A DNA stretch of 64,000 nucleotides from Prevotella sp. (lineage in GTDB: Bacteria; Bacteroidota; Bacteroidia; Bacteroidales; Dysgonomonadaceae). Location: positions 37,834 to 101,833 of the forward strand of contig JAITVV010000048.1 in the NCBI GenBank assembly GCA_031285625.1, read 5' to 3'. A program made the translations under genes and the position numbers. A model generated the notes under the pieces. It saw only the letters and a program-made list of their open reading frames with translations, had not been told where the DNA came from and made no database searches. Numbering within the stretch: the stretch's first letter is position 1; the number at the start of each line of letters is the position of its first letter. Positions 41,401 to 49,449 of the stretch are shown in pieces.

Positions 41401-41474
41401 TTGTTAGATTTTTGTGCTACCATTGTGATGCTCAATAAAAAGAGTAATCCGGTTAATAATAACTGCTTTCTCAT
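35433..41474 (-). CDS. Bacterial alpha-2-macroglobulin family protein
   Basis: 2013 aa; FTDRSIYRPGQ, EYKRP, RQNFNETAFFFP, PRFVRQGD, MYAPEF. Confidence 0.92.
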   Translation of the reverse strand: MRKQLLLTGLLFLLSITMVAQKSNNKYENEWKQVEQFSTDDLPQSALTEVNKILQKAISEKNNTQVIKALIYKNKYKRDIDYNDNEGILNDLQELIDKTNNVSEKALLQSMLAEAFLNYYSNDNWQINRRTALTDLVPADIKEWTGNIFCDKVRENINLSVKDVSTLKKHTTKEFDDIISLGKDTETYPTLYDFLMKRAIEISQNLSDLVQEEFNPKAIGLSIEQLVLPANEYIKLNIKSDSTYKLLPFTYYQQYFKDILQRNMPQTEVLTEISKIEFLRNKSRFYTQKDVLNTYFALEKEYEKNNACAEIINKIVESYNYGIDNMTRAEINKVQYDWLKKGIDKYPDSYGARLLKSKLVTLESSSLVIKGKSLEHPDSEIKLSIEYKNTQTEDIPSFKLYKVESENYTLIKEYPLELISRTTYNADTLPISIGKLQSGRYVFSTLSVDKLKKGKDPEGEKDVDYYSNYDPLNDNRFDFTVSALMSFSRNSAKNEYEIFVVDRNSGKPVKDATIKVYSYETDENTKQKPLLASLKTNELGITTFKDTRDRKDSYYVATYKVELGIDSCLQQETLSGNSYRWNRVTPQDIDKNIINIFTDRSIYRPGQTIYFKAIVTDNNYKPLANTSNGVVLFDSNNEIVSKKEIITNEFGSISGEFVLPQKGLLGQYSLMVSGTNGSELYYFKVVEYKRPTFEITFDKINETYGFGEEIKLKGYAKNFSGVNLQDTDVKYTITREQFSFWRWGGGYKSPFDKGSVKTNDDGSFEITFTPQPGEGNSVRPLSDNMQNYTFEVTATVTDTNGETQSNKSSITVGNISMAIKIDIPLQLEKSSEEKISITAKNLQGQDIETSGTYNLYNLDKNDSIQSQVSTGAFKSGEQSELKSTLRNLSSGKYRLKVKALDNKNNEIIDNKNFILYSYSDKKPPIKTNNWLVKKNLTFSKNKPAEVIYGVSDQDIYVLYQLNNNQNIFDRRFIKMSDANQLFSVPYKAEYGDEIYMSFIYVKDGKMYNQNVSIKKEEEEKDTKLILKTEVFRDKLRPGQDETWTISVKDTTNNPVKAELLASMYDTSLDMLYPSRAWFFQHPPIYTEPVSPIHYDYQSRYSWSNNQQRWFTTYAKGSEMVSGNELPPLSHEILKTAIRFDQLNWFGYIYQNVEEYIYGEGERDENGVIISVADVKGTSASGVDIAELSENKVIMQESVVTAAPAPRMARQKSKLDGYMSMDSADAGGAGIEEESSTPQIRQNFNETAFFFPQLRTNEKGETLISFTVPESNTTWRFRAIAHDKNARVGSLEEFVVTQKELMVTPNMPRFVRQGDKTSISTKISNLSDNVISGDVHIEFFDPATDKTINLNIANQKQTFSVEKEASTSASWTFDIPNDIELIGCRIIAQNATFSDGEQHVLPVLSNRMLVTESMPIDVTKAGTSTFTFDKLYNNTSATSSNYKLTLEYASNPAWYAVQALPTLSNPTNENAVNWFASYYVNQLGASIIHQYPKITNMINSWKKQGGDKQTLISKLQKDEELKAVLLEETPWVLEAKTETEQMQRLSLLFDLNNTKQQTDAATNKLKELMQTDGGWSWYKGMYPSRSITQYILYGYANLQLVGQVQYPQEIKMMQMDALKFIDKKITEDFENLKKYNKNWEKTSSVSTNQLEFAYVRSFYRDIPINQEARAAERFYTDVASKNWTKLGLYERSILSVILKRNGDKKLADKITKSIKEHAVTDKQGMYWPNNRSNVFMSMSAISVHTFLMDALKENGATKEEMNLMKQWLLNQKRTQIWETTHASIDAISALLGTGTDWFTGESNPVAITVGQTKIEPQNKELGTGYIKQTWDKSKIDNSMAKVEINSTGLEPAFGALYWQYYENLDKITSQKGELNIEKQLFKESDISSGKGLTQITENNSLTIGDKVIVRLTIKAERDFEFVQLKDMRAPCFEPIQSISGMKWAERLSYYQIPKDASTNFYFDHLPKGTYVLEYSVYVNRSGEYANGITTIQCMYAPEFVSHTQGIKVTVKEKQ

Positions 41475-41567
41475 ATCGTTATATTTTGTATTTTCTATTC
41501 AATATATAATAGACGGGATTTGTCTCTGAAATTCATACCGACAAATGTTAATTTTATAAAAGATGTG

Positions 41568-41924
41568 CTATTTTGTAATATACATACCCAGCCATACAGC
41601 TGATATTCCTATAACACAGCTTGCTAATGTATAAACAAAAGCTTGAGGTGTTTGGTTGTTGTTCATCAGCGTTAAAGTTTCGCTGGCAAAAGTAGAGAAA
41701 GTTGTAAATCCTCCACAAAACCCTGTAATAAGTAATAAACGAAGGCTATTGGAAGGTATAAGATTGGATAGCATGCCAATACATAGACACCCGATAATGT
41801 TGACTGCAAATGTAGCCACAGGAAGCGGAAAAGACTCTAACCTGACAATAAATGTCGAAGTAAGGAATCTTAAGACACTCCCTACTGCTCCTCCGGCACC
41901 AACTAATAATATCTGCTTAATCAT
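41568..41924 (-). CDS. crcB: Fluoride efflux channel Fluc/CrcB
   Basis: GGAVGSVLR, N..GC, TGFCGGFTTFSTF. Confidence 0.93.
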   Translation of the reverse strand: MIKQILLVGAGGAVGSVLRFLTSTFIVRLESFPLPVATFAVNIIGCLCIGMLSNLIPSNSLRLLLITGFCGGFTTFSTFASETLTLMNNNQTPQAFVYTLASCVIGISAVWLGMYITK

Positions 41925-42049
41925 TCTTCAAATTTAGATGAATATTTCCGAATCAGTAAATTTTGAGGATATTAATTAAGTAAACGATGAAATCTTTTGG
42001 TTTGTTCGGCGAAGGAAAATATCTTTGTTTTTATAAAATATTGTAAAGG

Positions 42050-42892
42050 TTGAGAGATAATAGTAATTTGCATTTAAATCGATATAATCAGAATCAGCTT
42101 ATTGAGATATTCTCATTAAAAGATTTGGAGGATGACGCTATATTCAGCAATTATCAGCGTTACGACTTTTACCAATTACTTTGGTTTACGAATGTGGCAG
42201 GAGATAGCTCATATTTCCTCGATTTTAATGAATATACAATTGAAAACAATCAGATAGTATTAGTTTTTCCAGGGCAAATAGACAGACTGGATGTGAGACA
42301 GAAAGAAGGCTATCTTTTTACTATAAACAACGATATTCTCTTTACAATAAATCAACGCCTGAATTCAGATTACCTGAATGGATATTTTTCCAATGTTTTT
42401 ATTTCACTCAATGATAATGAAATAATAATACTTGAAAATTTATTGTCATTAATGGTGTTAGAATATGCAGATGAGAATCGTATCACATTGATGCAAAGCT
42501 ATATGGAGGCATTTCTTTTTCATGTAGCTTCACTTTTTGAAAAATCCGATTTCTTTAAGAATTTGCAGAAACATATAACTGATCCCCTTGTTGCCGGACT
42601 GATGCGACTAATAGATGCAAACTTCATAATTCATCGTGAAACGGATTTTTATGCAAATAGTTTAGGTTTAACTAACAGAAGGCTAAACGAAATATCAATG
42701 AAGGGTACAGGGAAAACTGTAAAACAACATTTGCAGGAGAGACTAATCCTCGAGATAAAAAAAGAAATCCGACTACATAGAAAAAACCTTAAAGAAATAG
42801 CTTTTGATCTGGGATTTAGTGAACCAGCATATTTTACACGTTTTTTTAAACTTCACACAGGGCAAACACCAAGCCAATTTAGAGATAATTGA
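42050..42892 (+). CDS. AraC family transcriptional regulator (start uncertain)
   Basis: C-terminal KEIAFDLGFSEPAYFTRFFKLHTGQTPSQFR. Confidence 0.9.
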   Translation: MRDNSNLHLNRYNQNQLIEIFSLKDLEDDAIFSNYQRYDFYQLLWFTNVAGDSSYFLDFNEYTIENNQIVLVFPGQIDRLDVRQKEGYLFTINNDILFTINQRLNSDYLNGYFSNVFISLNDNEIIILENLLSLMVLEYADENRITLMQSYMEAFLFHVASLFEKSDFFKNLQKHITDPLVAGLMRLIDANFIIHRETDFYANSLGLTNRRLNEISMKGTGKTVKQHLQERLILEIKKEIRLHRKNLKEIAFDLGFSEPAYFTRFFKLHTGQTPSQFRDN

Positions 42893-42898
42893 TAATTA

Positions 42899-43154
42899 GT
42901 ACAAGTAATTAGACGAAAAGTACAATAAAAATATGGATTTTTATTGATATTTTTATTGTGTATTAATGACATGTTCTGCACTCTCAAACACACAATCTTT
43001 GCGGACTACATTTATGACATGCACTAATTTAATTATTGGAGGGACAGGAGAAAGATTTTGGAGTTCTCCTGTCCCTTTTATAATTTGATAAACAAATGTC
43101 CAAGTAATAGGCCCATATGTGCAATTAAGCAGCAAATCATCTTTCCTACTTTTG
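42899..43154 (+). promoter_or_regulatory. Two tandem AraC-type promoter modules
   Basis: GTACAA(42899)/GTACAA(42920) and GTCCAA(43098)/GTGCAA(43119), both with 21-bp period and both 28 bp before a -7-like box (TATTTTTA 42948; TACTTTTG 43147). Confidence 0.6.
42960..43079 (+). ncRNA. Candidate short RNA (or 18-aa ORF 42971-43027) ending in a strong terminator
   Basis: Own promoter module; AGGGACAGGAGAA/TTCTCCTGTCCCT 13-bp stem plus T tract; segment 42990-43011 complementary to the sRNA core. Confidence 0.45.
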
Positions 43155-43173
43155 CATCACAAAAAAAGTAAGG

Positions 43174-44385
43174 ATGAGAAATTTTAGTTTAGCACAGTGG
43201 ATTGTGATCTTCATTTTGTCGCTGCTTACAGCGCTTGAACCATTAAGTATCGACCTGTATTTACCCGGATTTATACTTATCTCGGATGCATTTAATACAA
43301 ATGTATCGGCAGTACAGATATCATTATCTACATTTCTGGCAGGTTTTGCTGTTGGGCAATTGATTTGGGGCCCTTTAGCTGATAAATTCGGGCGTAAAAA
43401 GCCGATATTGGCATCTCTTGTTATTTTTATTATTGCTTCTATTGCTTGTATCTATGTAAAATCGATAGAGCAGTTATGGGTTGTTCGGTTTATCCAGGCA
43501 ATTGGCGGTTGTGCAGGTGTTGTAATATCCCGCGCTATTGTTACTGACTATTTTGATAAATCAAAAACATTGAAAATATTCGCACTCCTGGCTCTTATTA
43601 TGGGTATTGCTCCCATTCTGGCTCCATCCATCGGCAACGGGGTACTAAAGATATTTAGTTGGGAAGGATTATTTGGTGCAATGGCCACTTTAGGTATTAT
43701 TCTGTTTATACTTACCCTGTTCTTCTTACCAGAAACGTATAAAGCTCAAAAACAAAAGAGGGAAGCAAATGTTTTGGCAAGTTATTGGGAAATATTGAAA
43801 AACAGAAAGTTTGTTGTTTATTCCCTTATTGCAGGGATAGTCAATGGCGCCCTCATGATTTATGTCGCAAATGGTCCTTTCCTCATAATGGAAAAAGGTG
43901 GCTTTTCAAGTAATGCATTCAGCATTATATTTGCAGTGAATGCCTTTGGCCTGATGGTAGGTTCATATCTTACCAGTGTATTACAGAAATATATTGCTAC
44001 AAATAAACTGGTAAAACAAGCATTGTTATTTATGTCTGCAGCGGGCTTAATTTTGCTTATAGCCATGTATGCAAATGTTAGCATTGTGATTATTCTGTTT
44101 ATCCTATTCTTTTATGTTTTCCCAATTGGTGTATTGTTTCCTACTACAACCGAATTGGCTATTACTCCTTTTGCCAATACAAACAATAGCGGAACAGCCT
44201 CAGCTCTTTTTGGCTCAATACAATTAGCAACAGCATTCATCTGTACTTTAATATCCAGTTTTATAAGCGACGGTTCTATGGTAACTGTAGGTATTACATT
44301 CTTTCTGTGTAGTATGCTGGCTTTTGTCATCGTTTTCAGCCGGATTAATATAAAAGAAGAATATAGCAAAGAATCTGTTTCATGA
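43174..44385 (+). CDS. Bcr/CflA family multidrug MFS transporter
   Basis: SIDLYLP, GPLADKFGRKKP, APILAP.IG, LPET. Confidence 0.9.
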   Translation: MRNFSLAQWIVIFILSLLTALEPLSIDLYLPGFILISDAFNTNVSAVQISLSTFLAGFAVGQLIWGPLADKFGRKKPILASLVIFIIASIACIYVKSIEQLWVVRFIQAIGGCAGVVISRAIVTDYFDKSKTLKIFALLALIMGIAPILAPSIGNGVLKIFSWEGLFGAMATLGIILFILTLFFLPETYKAQKQKREANVLASYWEILKNRKFVVYSLIAGIVNGALMIYVANGPFLIMEKGGFSSNAFSIIFAVNAFGLMVGSYLTSVLQKYIATNKLVKQALLFMSAAGLILLIAMYANVSIVIILFILFFYVFPIGVLFPTTTELAITPFANTNNSGTASALFGSIQLATAFICTLISSFISDGSMVTVGITFFLCSMLAFVIVFSRINIKEEYSKESVS

Positions 44386-44403
44386 TCCTGATCATAATAA
44401 AGT

Positions 44404-44435
44404 AAAAGAGGAAATTAGTATTTCCTCTTTTTTTT
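44404..44435 (+). terminator. Intrinsic terminator
   Basis: AAAAGAGGAAAT-TAGT-ATTTCCTCTTTT plus long T tract. Confidence 0.8.
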
Positions 44436-44440
44436 AACTT

Positions 44441-44498
44441 ATATTGTCTAAAAAAATAGACAATATATTTTTATGTCTAATTTTTTAGACTAAATTTG
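44441..44498 (+). promoter_or_regulatory. Palindromic operator-like sites overlapping the GLPGLI promoter
   Basis: ATATTGTCTA-N6-TAGACAATAT and GTCTAA-N4-TTAGAC abutting TAAATTTG. Confidence 0.45.
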
Positions 44499-44519
44499 CC
44501 TCATAACTTTTAAATTACT

Positions 44520-45404
44520 GTGAACATGAAAAGATTTATATTGTTTTTTTTATTCGTTGTTTGTTGTACATCAATGTTTTCTCAACGAGCGATAAAGGTG
44601 GTATCAAACAAAATATCAGAGGAAAAGCTTGATGAAGCAACAATTCGTTGTTATTATAAGTTTTCTCAACCTTTAATAATTGATAGGCAGACTCTACTTC
44701 AGGAAAATACTCTTACCCTTGATGTTGGAGCAAAAATTTCGCGATATTATGATGCTGCCAGGGCAATGAGGGACTCTCTATTTGGAGACTTTATGGCAAA
44801 CGGGCTTAATGCAAATACCATACAAAGCGTTACAGTACTCAAAAACACCGATATGTCAGCTTTTGACACCAGTTCAGGAACAACAACTGAATCCGGATCA
44901 AAAGGAGAAACAGCTCTACTATACAAGAATCGTCAGACTAATGAAGTAACGATTATAGAGAGAGTCGATAATACTCCGGATCGTTATAAGTGTATAGATA
45001 AAATAATACCTCAATGGAATATAGCTTCTGATACATTAACTGTATTAGGATATTTATGTCAAAAAGCAACTACCAATTTTAGGGGGCGGGCTTATGAAGC
45101 ATGGTTTACTTCTGATATTCCGGTGAATGATGGCCCATGGAAATTATATGGATTACCAGGACTTATATTAAAAGCCCAGGATTCGGAAAATCTTTTTTCT
45201 TTCGAGATTATCGGTCTCGAACAACTAAATCCATCTGTAGATATTATGATGGCTAAAAGTGATTATATCAAAGCAAGTAGAAAAGATCTGAAAAAACTAA
45301 AGAAGAAGCAATCCGGAGGAACGGCTGTCAATGTAAATGGTGGGAACGTCACTATTATTCAGAAAAAGAATAACAGTGAGTACATCTCTTTAGAAACAGA
45401 ATAA
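44520..45404 (+). CDS. GLPGLI family protein
   Basis: GPWKLYGLPGLILKA; signal peptide. Confidence 0.92.
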   Translation: MNMKRFILFFLFVVCCTSMFSQRAIKVVSNKISEEKLDEATIRCYYKFSQPLIIDRQTLLQENTLTLDVGAKISRYYDAARAMRDSLFGDFMANGLNANTIQSVTVLKNTDMSAFDTSSGTTTESGSKGETALLYKNRQTNEVTIIERVDNTPDRYKCIDKIIPQWNIASDTLTVLGYLCQKATTNFRGRAYEAWFTSDIPVNDGPWKLYGLPGLILKAQDSENLFSFEIIGLEQLNPSVDIMMAKSDYIKASRKDLKKLKKKQSGGTAVNVNGGNVTIIQKKNNSEYISLETE

Positions 45405-45445
45405 GCCTATCATCAAATATTTACCCAATCTATCCTGATCAGGCT

Positions 45446-48076
45446 ATGAAAAAAATCTTACTAATTGTTCTTTTCTTTATATCCGGTTTTATACAGGCTC
45501 AGATCATTATCAGAGGTATTGTAATTGATAAAGATCAAAAGCCTGTATCAGATCTTAATATCACTATTCAGGAAAAATCAAAACTTATAACCCTGGGGTA
45601 TGTGATGACTGATGACAATGGAAGGTATAAACTTGAATATAAAGGGAAGAATGATAGTATTGTGATAACTATCTCCGGGTTTAATGTAAAGAAACAGTCA
45701 AAAACAATAGCAGCCCATAATCAGAATGTTGATTTTATAGTAAAAAATGAATCTATTGTTCTCAATGAAGTAAAAATAAACCCTCCTAAAATAAGGCAGA
45801 GTGGAGATACTCTCAATTACTTAGTTGATGTTTTTTCAGATGCTAATGACAGGACGATAGGCGATGTCCTGAAGAAAATGCCGGGAATAAAGGTGCAGGA
45901 TGATGGAGCCATCCTCTACCAGAACAGACCTATCAATAAATTTTATATAGAAAACGCTGATTTGCTGCAAGGCCGTTATGGTATAGCTACAAATAATATT
46001 GAGGCAAAGGATGTTTCCACAGTACAGGTGATGGAGAATCATCAACCTATAAAAGCTCTTAAAGATAAAGAGTTTTCAGAAGATGCTGCCATTAATCTCA
46101 GATTGAAAGATTCGGCAAAGGGTGCTGTCATAGCAAATGCTCAAGTGGGGGTTGGAGCTTCCCCTTTGCTATGGAACAACGAGTTGACAAGTATGTATAT
46201 TGCTAAAAAGAAGCAAAATATAACGACTTACAAAAGTAATAATTCAGGAGATGATACAACCCGTGAGCTAAACTCTTTTTATTCTGGTGATGCATCGCAA
46301 ACCAAGAATAAAGATATATTAAATGTACAAAGCCCGGCTTCTCCGTCCATCAGTGAGAAACGCTATCTGGATAATCAGGCTAACATTTTATCCTTTAATA
46401 ATTTATGGACCCTGAAAAATGACTATCAGCTAACTGCTAATGTGAGTTATCTGAACGACCTACAGCAAAAGAGTAGTCATTCATGTACAGAATATTATTT
46501 ACCAGGAGACAGCGCGTGGAGAATAGATGAGTTACTCAGTTCCAGATTGAGAAAAGAAAGAGTAAAAGCAGATATACAATTAAACGCAAATAAAGATAAA
46601 TTTTATTTAAATAACCTGTTGAAAATGGATGGAATATGGGATCGGGAACGAGGCGACGCTATTTCGGAGGATAGTGTTTATCAATATTTGAAGAAGCCGA
46701 CCTATAATATAAGTAACACTTTTAATATGGTAAAAACTGGTGAGAAATATACTTGGAATCTTTACTCTTTTAATGCTTATAATACATCTTCACAAACATT
46801 ACATATACAACCTGTATTGTATGAACAGTTATTTGAAGATCCCCCTACTCTATTCAAAATGGTTCAAAATGTTGAACAAGGTAACTTCTCTTCTTACAAT
46901 AGATTTTCCATAGGATTAGGAAAAGGCTCATTCAAACAGGATTATACCTTGGGCTTCCGGGCTGATATTCAGAATATAAAATCGGAATTAGGCACTCATA
47001 AGGTAAGTGACATCGCGGATTCTTTAAAAAATAATATACAACAGAATAAATTTGAGTGGGTATTTACGCCTAATTATACCTATGCTAAAGGCCATAAACT
47101 AAATATTTCATTAACATTACCGCTTCGTTTTATTGTCTTGAACACGACAAATAAAATAAACGATAATAAAACAAATAAAAGTTATTTATATTTCAACCCT
47201 ACACTATTCTTACATTACAAACTATCAGGTCATTGGACTTCGTATCTGAATTACAGATATAATAATTCTCTGGGGGAAATTGATCAGATTTACACAGGCT
47301 ATATAATGTCATCATATCGCAATCTTTTACGTAATGACAATAGTCTCTTTAAGCTGCAAACGCATAATGTAACTCTTTCTTTAGGTTATAGAAATCCGAT
47401 TACTACATTATTTGCAATGACCAATATCAGCTATTTCAATAATAGAGCAAACCTTTTGTATGACTATAATTATCAAGGAATACTCAGGGTTCGATCTACC
47501 ATAAATATCCCTAACACTATACAGGGGGGTAATGTAGATCTTCATACAAGCAAAGATATAGAATCACTGAATTCAACATTATTTTTAGGTGGTAATTATA
47601 CTATCAGTAGCTCCTCTCAGATTAATATGGGAGAACTCATCAATTATACTAACCAAAGCTTTTCCGTCTCGCCACGTATTTTGACAAAAATAAATTCAAT
47701 AGCAAGTGTACAGTATGAATTCAGATATTCCCAGAGTATGAGTAAAGTAAAAAATGAAGATAAAAAACTGGATCCCATACGATCGATTGTTCAAAATGTA
47801 CAATTGAATCTCTTCCCTACAAAAGGACTCACCGTAAACTTGAAATACGAGAATTTTTATAACAATGCTATTCTTTCCGGTAGCCGTTCGATGTCATTTG
47901 GTGATATAAGTATGAAATACAAATGGAAACAGGCAGAACTGATACTTGATTATACAAATATATTTAACTCAGGAGAGTTTGTGTCAGCATCATATAATGA
48001 TGTCAGCCGCTACTATTCTTCATATAAATTACGCCCAGCTGAAATACTACTTAAAATACGCTTCAAGGTGAAGTAG
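45446..48076 (+). CDS. Outer-membrane beta-barrel with carboxypeptidase-regulatory-like N-terminus (TonB-dependent-like; GLPGLI partner)
   Basis: GDTLNY, DVLKKMPGI.V, VQVMENHQP, INLRLK; aromatic-rich barrel. Confidence 0.8.
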   Translation: MKKILLIVLFFISGFIQAQIIIRGIVIDKDQKPVSDLNITIQEKSKLITLGYVMTDDNGRYKLEYKGKNDSIVITISGFNVKKQSKTIAAHNQNVDFIVKNESIVLNEVKINPPKIRQSGDTLNYLVDVFSDANDRTIGDVLKKMPGIKVQDDGAILYQNRPINKFYIENADLLQGRYGIATNNIEAKDVSTVQVMENHQPIKALKDKEFSEDAAINLRLKDSAKGAVIANAQVGVGASPLLWNNELTSMYIAKKKQNITTYKSNNSGDDTTRELNSFYSGDASQTKNKDILNVQSPASPSISEKRYLDNQANILSFNNLWTLKNDYQLTANVSYLNDLQQKSSHSCTEYYLPGDSAWRIDELLSSRLRKERVKADIQLNANKDKFYLNNLLKMDGIWDRERGDAISEDSVYQYLKKPTYNISNTFNMVKTGEKYTWNLYSFNAYNTSSQTLHIQPVLYEQLFEDPPTLFKMVQNVEQGNFSSYNRFSIGLGKGSFKQDYTLGFRADIQNIKSELGTHKVSDIADSLKNNIQQNKFEWVFTPNYTYAKGHKLNISLTLPLRFIVLNTTNKINDNKTNKSYLYFNPTLFLHYKLSGHWTSYLNYRYNNSLGEIDQIYTGYIMSSYRNLLRNDNSLFKLQTHNVTLSLGYRNPITTLFAMTNISYFNNRANLLYDYNYQGILRVRSTINIPNTIQGGNVDLHTSKDIESLNSTLFLGGNYTISSSSQINMGELINYTNQSFSVSPRILTKINSIASVQYEFRYSQSMSKVKNEDKKLDPIRSIVQNVQLNLFPTKGLTVNLKYENFYNNAILSGSRSMSFGDISMKYKWKQAELILDYTNIFNSGEFVSASYNDVSRYYSSYKLRPAEILLKIRFKVK

Positions 48077-48216
48077 GTTAATGGATATTTGACCCTTATT
48101 TAGAAAAAAAGGAAAAAAAAGCACTATATAACATAAATGTTATACCAAAAGTCTACTAATTTTCACTCATAAAAAAATAGTTATATATTTGTATTCGATA
48201 AGAGGAATTATATCTT

Positions 48217-49113
48217 TTGATGAAAAGCAAAGGGCAAATATACCTTAAAAAAGATAGGCTACAAAAGGAAAAGAGAGAAACTGAGTATTCGTTAGAGGAC
48301 GATTTTAAATTATTCAGCAATGCCTCCTCTATTCCAATCCCAAACACGCCATTTTATACGTCTTTTGGTATAATGGGTATATGTAAAAACGGAAATGTGA
48401 CAATTGGTACACACCAACAAGAACATCGCTTTGTAAAGGGTGAGTTGATGGTGATATTGCCAAAACAAACATTTTTCTTAAAGGAACAAAGTAATGATTT
48501 TTTAATGGATTATTTTATTCTGTCTCAGCCTATCATAGATGATGTTCTTAGTGGAGTATCGCGTCTTTCGCCGCTTTTTTTTATACATATGCGAAAGAAA
48601 ATGTTTTACAAGTTGGATAAAGATGAAACATACAGATACTCTGAATATTATAATCTAATGAATAATAGACTCTTGTCCGCAGATTGCATTTTTCAACGAG
48701 AATATATAGTGAGTGTGTTGAGGCTTTTTTATCTTGATCTTTATAATAGTTTCAAAAACAGTATAATGTCGATAAACTCGGCCCCTGACTCCAGAAAAGA
48801 GAAGTTAGCATATAAATTTTTTCTTTTGATTTTGAAACACTATAAAGAAAAACGGGACATTACGTTCTATGCAGATCAATTATCTATTACGCCTAAATAT
48901 TTATCTAAGGTCATAAAAGAGGTAAGTGGCAGATCTGCTAAAGATTGGGTGGTAGAATATATACTATTGGAAATAAAATCATTATTAAATAATACATCAC
49001 TAAACATACAAGAGATCACTATTGAAACGAATTTTTCGAATCAGGCTTCACTGGGACGTTTTTTTAAAAAACATACAGGTATATCCCCTTCCCAATATAG
49101 AGAAGCAAATTAA
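48217..49113 (+). CDS. AraC family transcriptional regulator
   Basis: FYADQLSITPKYLS, NFSNQASLGRFFKKHTGISPSQYR. Confidence 0.92.
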   Translation: MMKSKGQIYLKKDRLQKEKRETEYSLEDDFKLFSNASSIPIPNTPFYTSFGIMGICKNGNVTIGTHQQEHRFVKGELMVILPKQTFFLKEQSNDFLMDYFILSQPIIDDVLSGVSRLSPLFFIHMRKKMFYKLDKDETYRYSEYYNLMNNRLLSADCIFQREYIVSVLRLFYLDLYNSFKNSIMSINSAPDSRKEKLAYKFFLLILKHYKEKRDITFYADQLSITPKYLSKVIKEVSGRSAKDWVVEYILLEIKSLLNNTSLNIQEITIETNFSNQASLGRFFKKHTGISPSQYREAN

Positions 49114-49169
49114 TGATAGAGTAAATATAGTTAGGTAAAACACTTGTTAAAAAAGGAAAAAATATATCA

Positions 49170-49248
49170 ACTAAATATTGTGTAGTTTTGTAAAGTTTGT
49201 GTTAAGGTTAGGGTCCTGTAAGTCGTGAGACTTGGCAGGATCTTTTTT
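49170..49248 (+). ncRNA. Candidate sRNA, copy 3 of the 28-nt-core family
   Basis: Core at 49181-49208, then GGTCCTGTAAGTC-GTGA-GACTTGGCAGGATC-TTTTTT; 5' end approximate. Confidence 0.65.
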
Positions 49249-49449
49249 CTAAGTATTTTCTTGGAATTTTACGGTAAATAAAAAAGGGCCATAAGCCCTT
49301 TTTTGTTAAACTATATTGAATCTTGTAACTTTCAAGCAAAGGTACCCCATTTGACAATTTTTACTATATTTGTTTTATTCAATAATGACTGGCAACTATC
49401 TTTTCTTCTCAAAAGAAGAACTTGATCAAAGCCAAAATTTAAATTTACA

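Noticed and set aside
41925-42049. Fluoride riboswitch upstream of crcB
   Set aside because: No GGCGATGG...CTGATG-type consensus, and a TAAATTTG box lies only a few nt from the ATG, leaving no room
12952-49208. 28-nt repeat as a CRISPR repeat or att/IS end
   Set aside because: Single copies 12-24 kb apart in mixed orientation, each tied to a terminator; no spacers, integrase or transposase in the window
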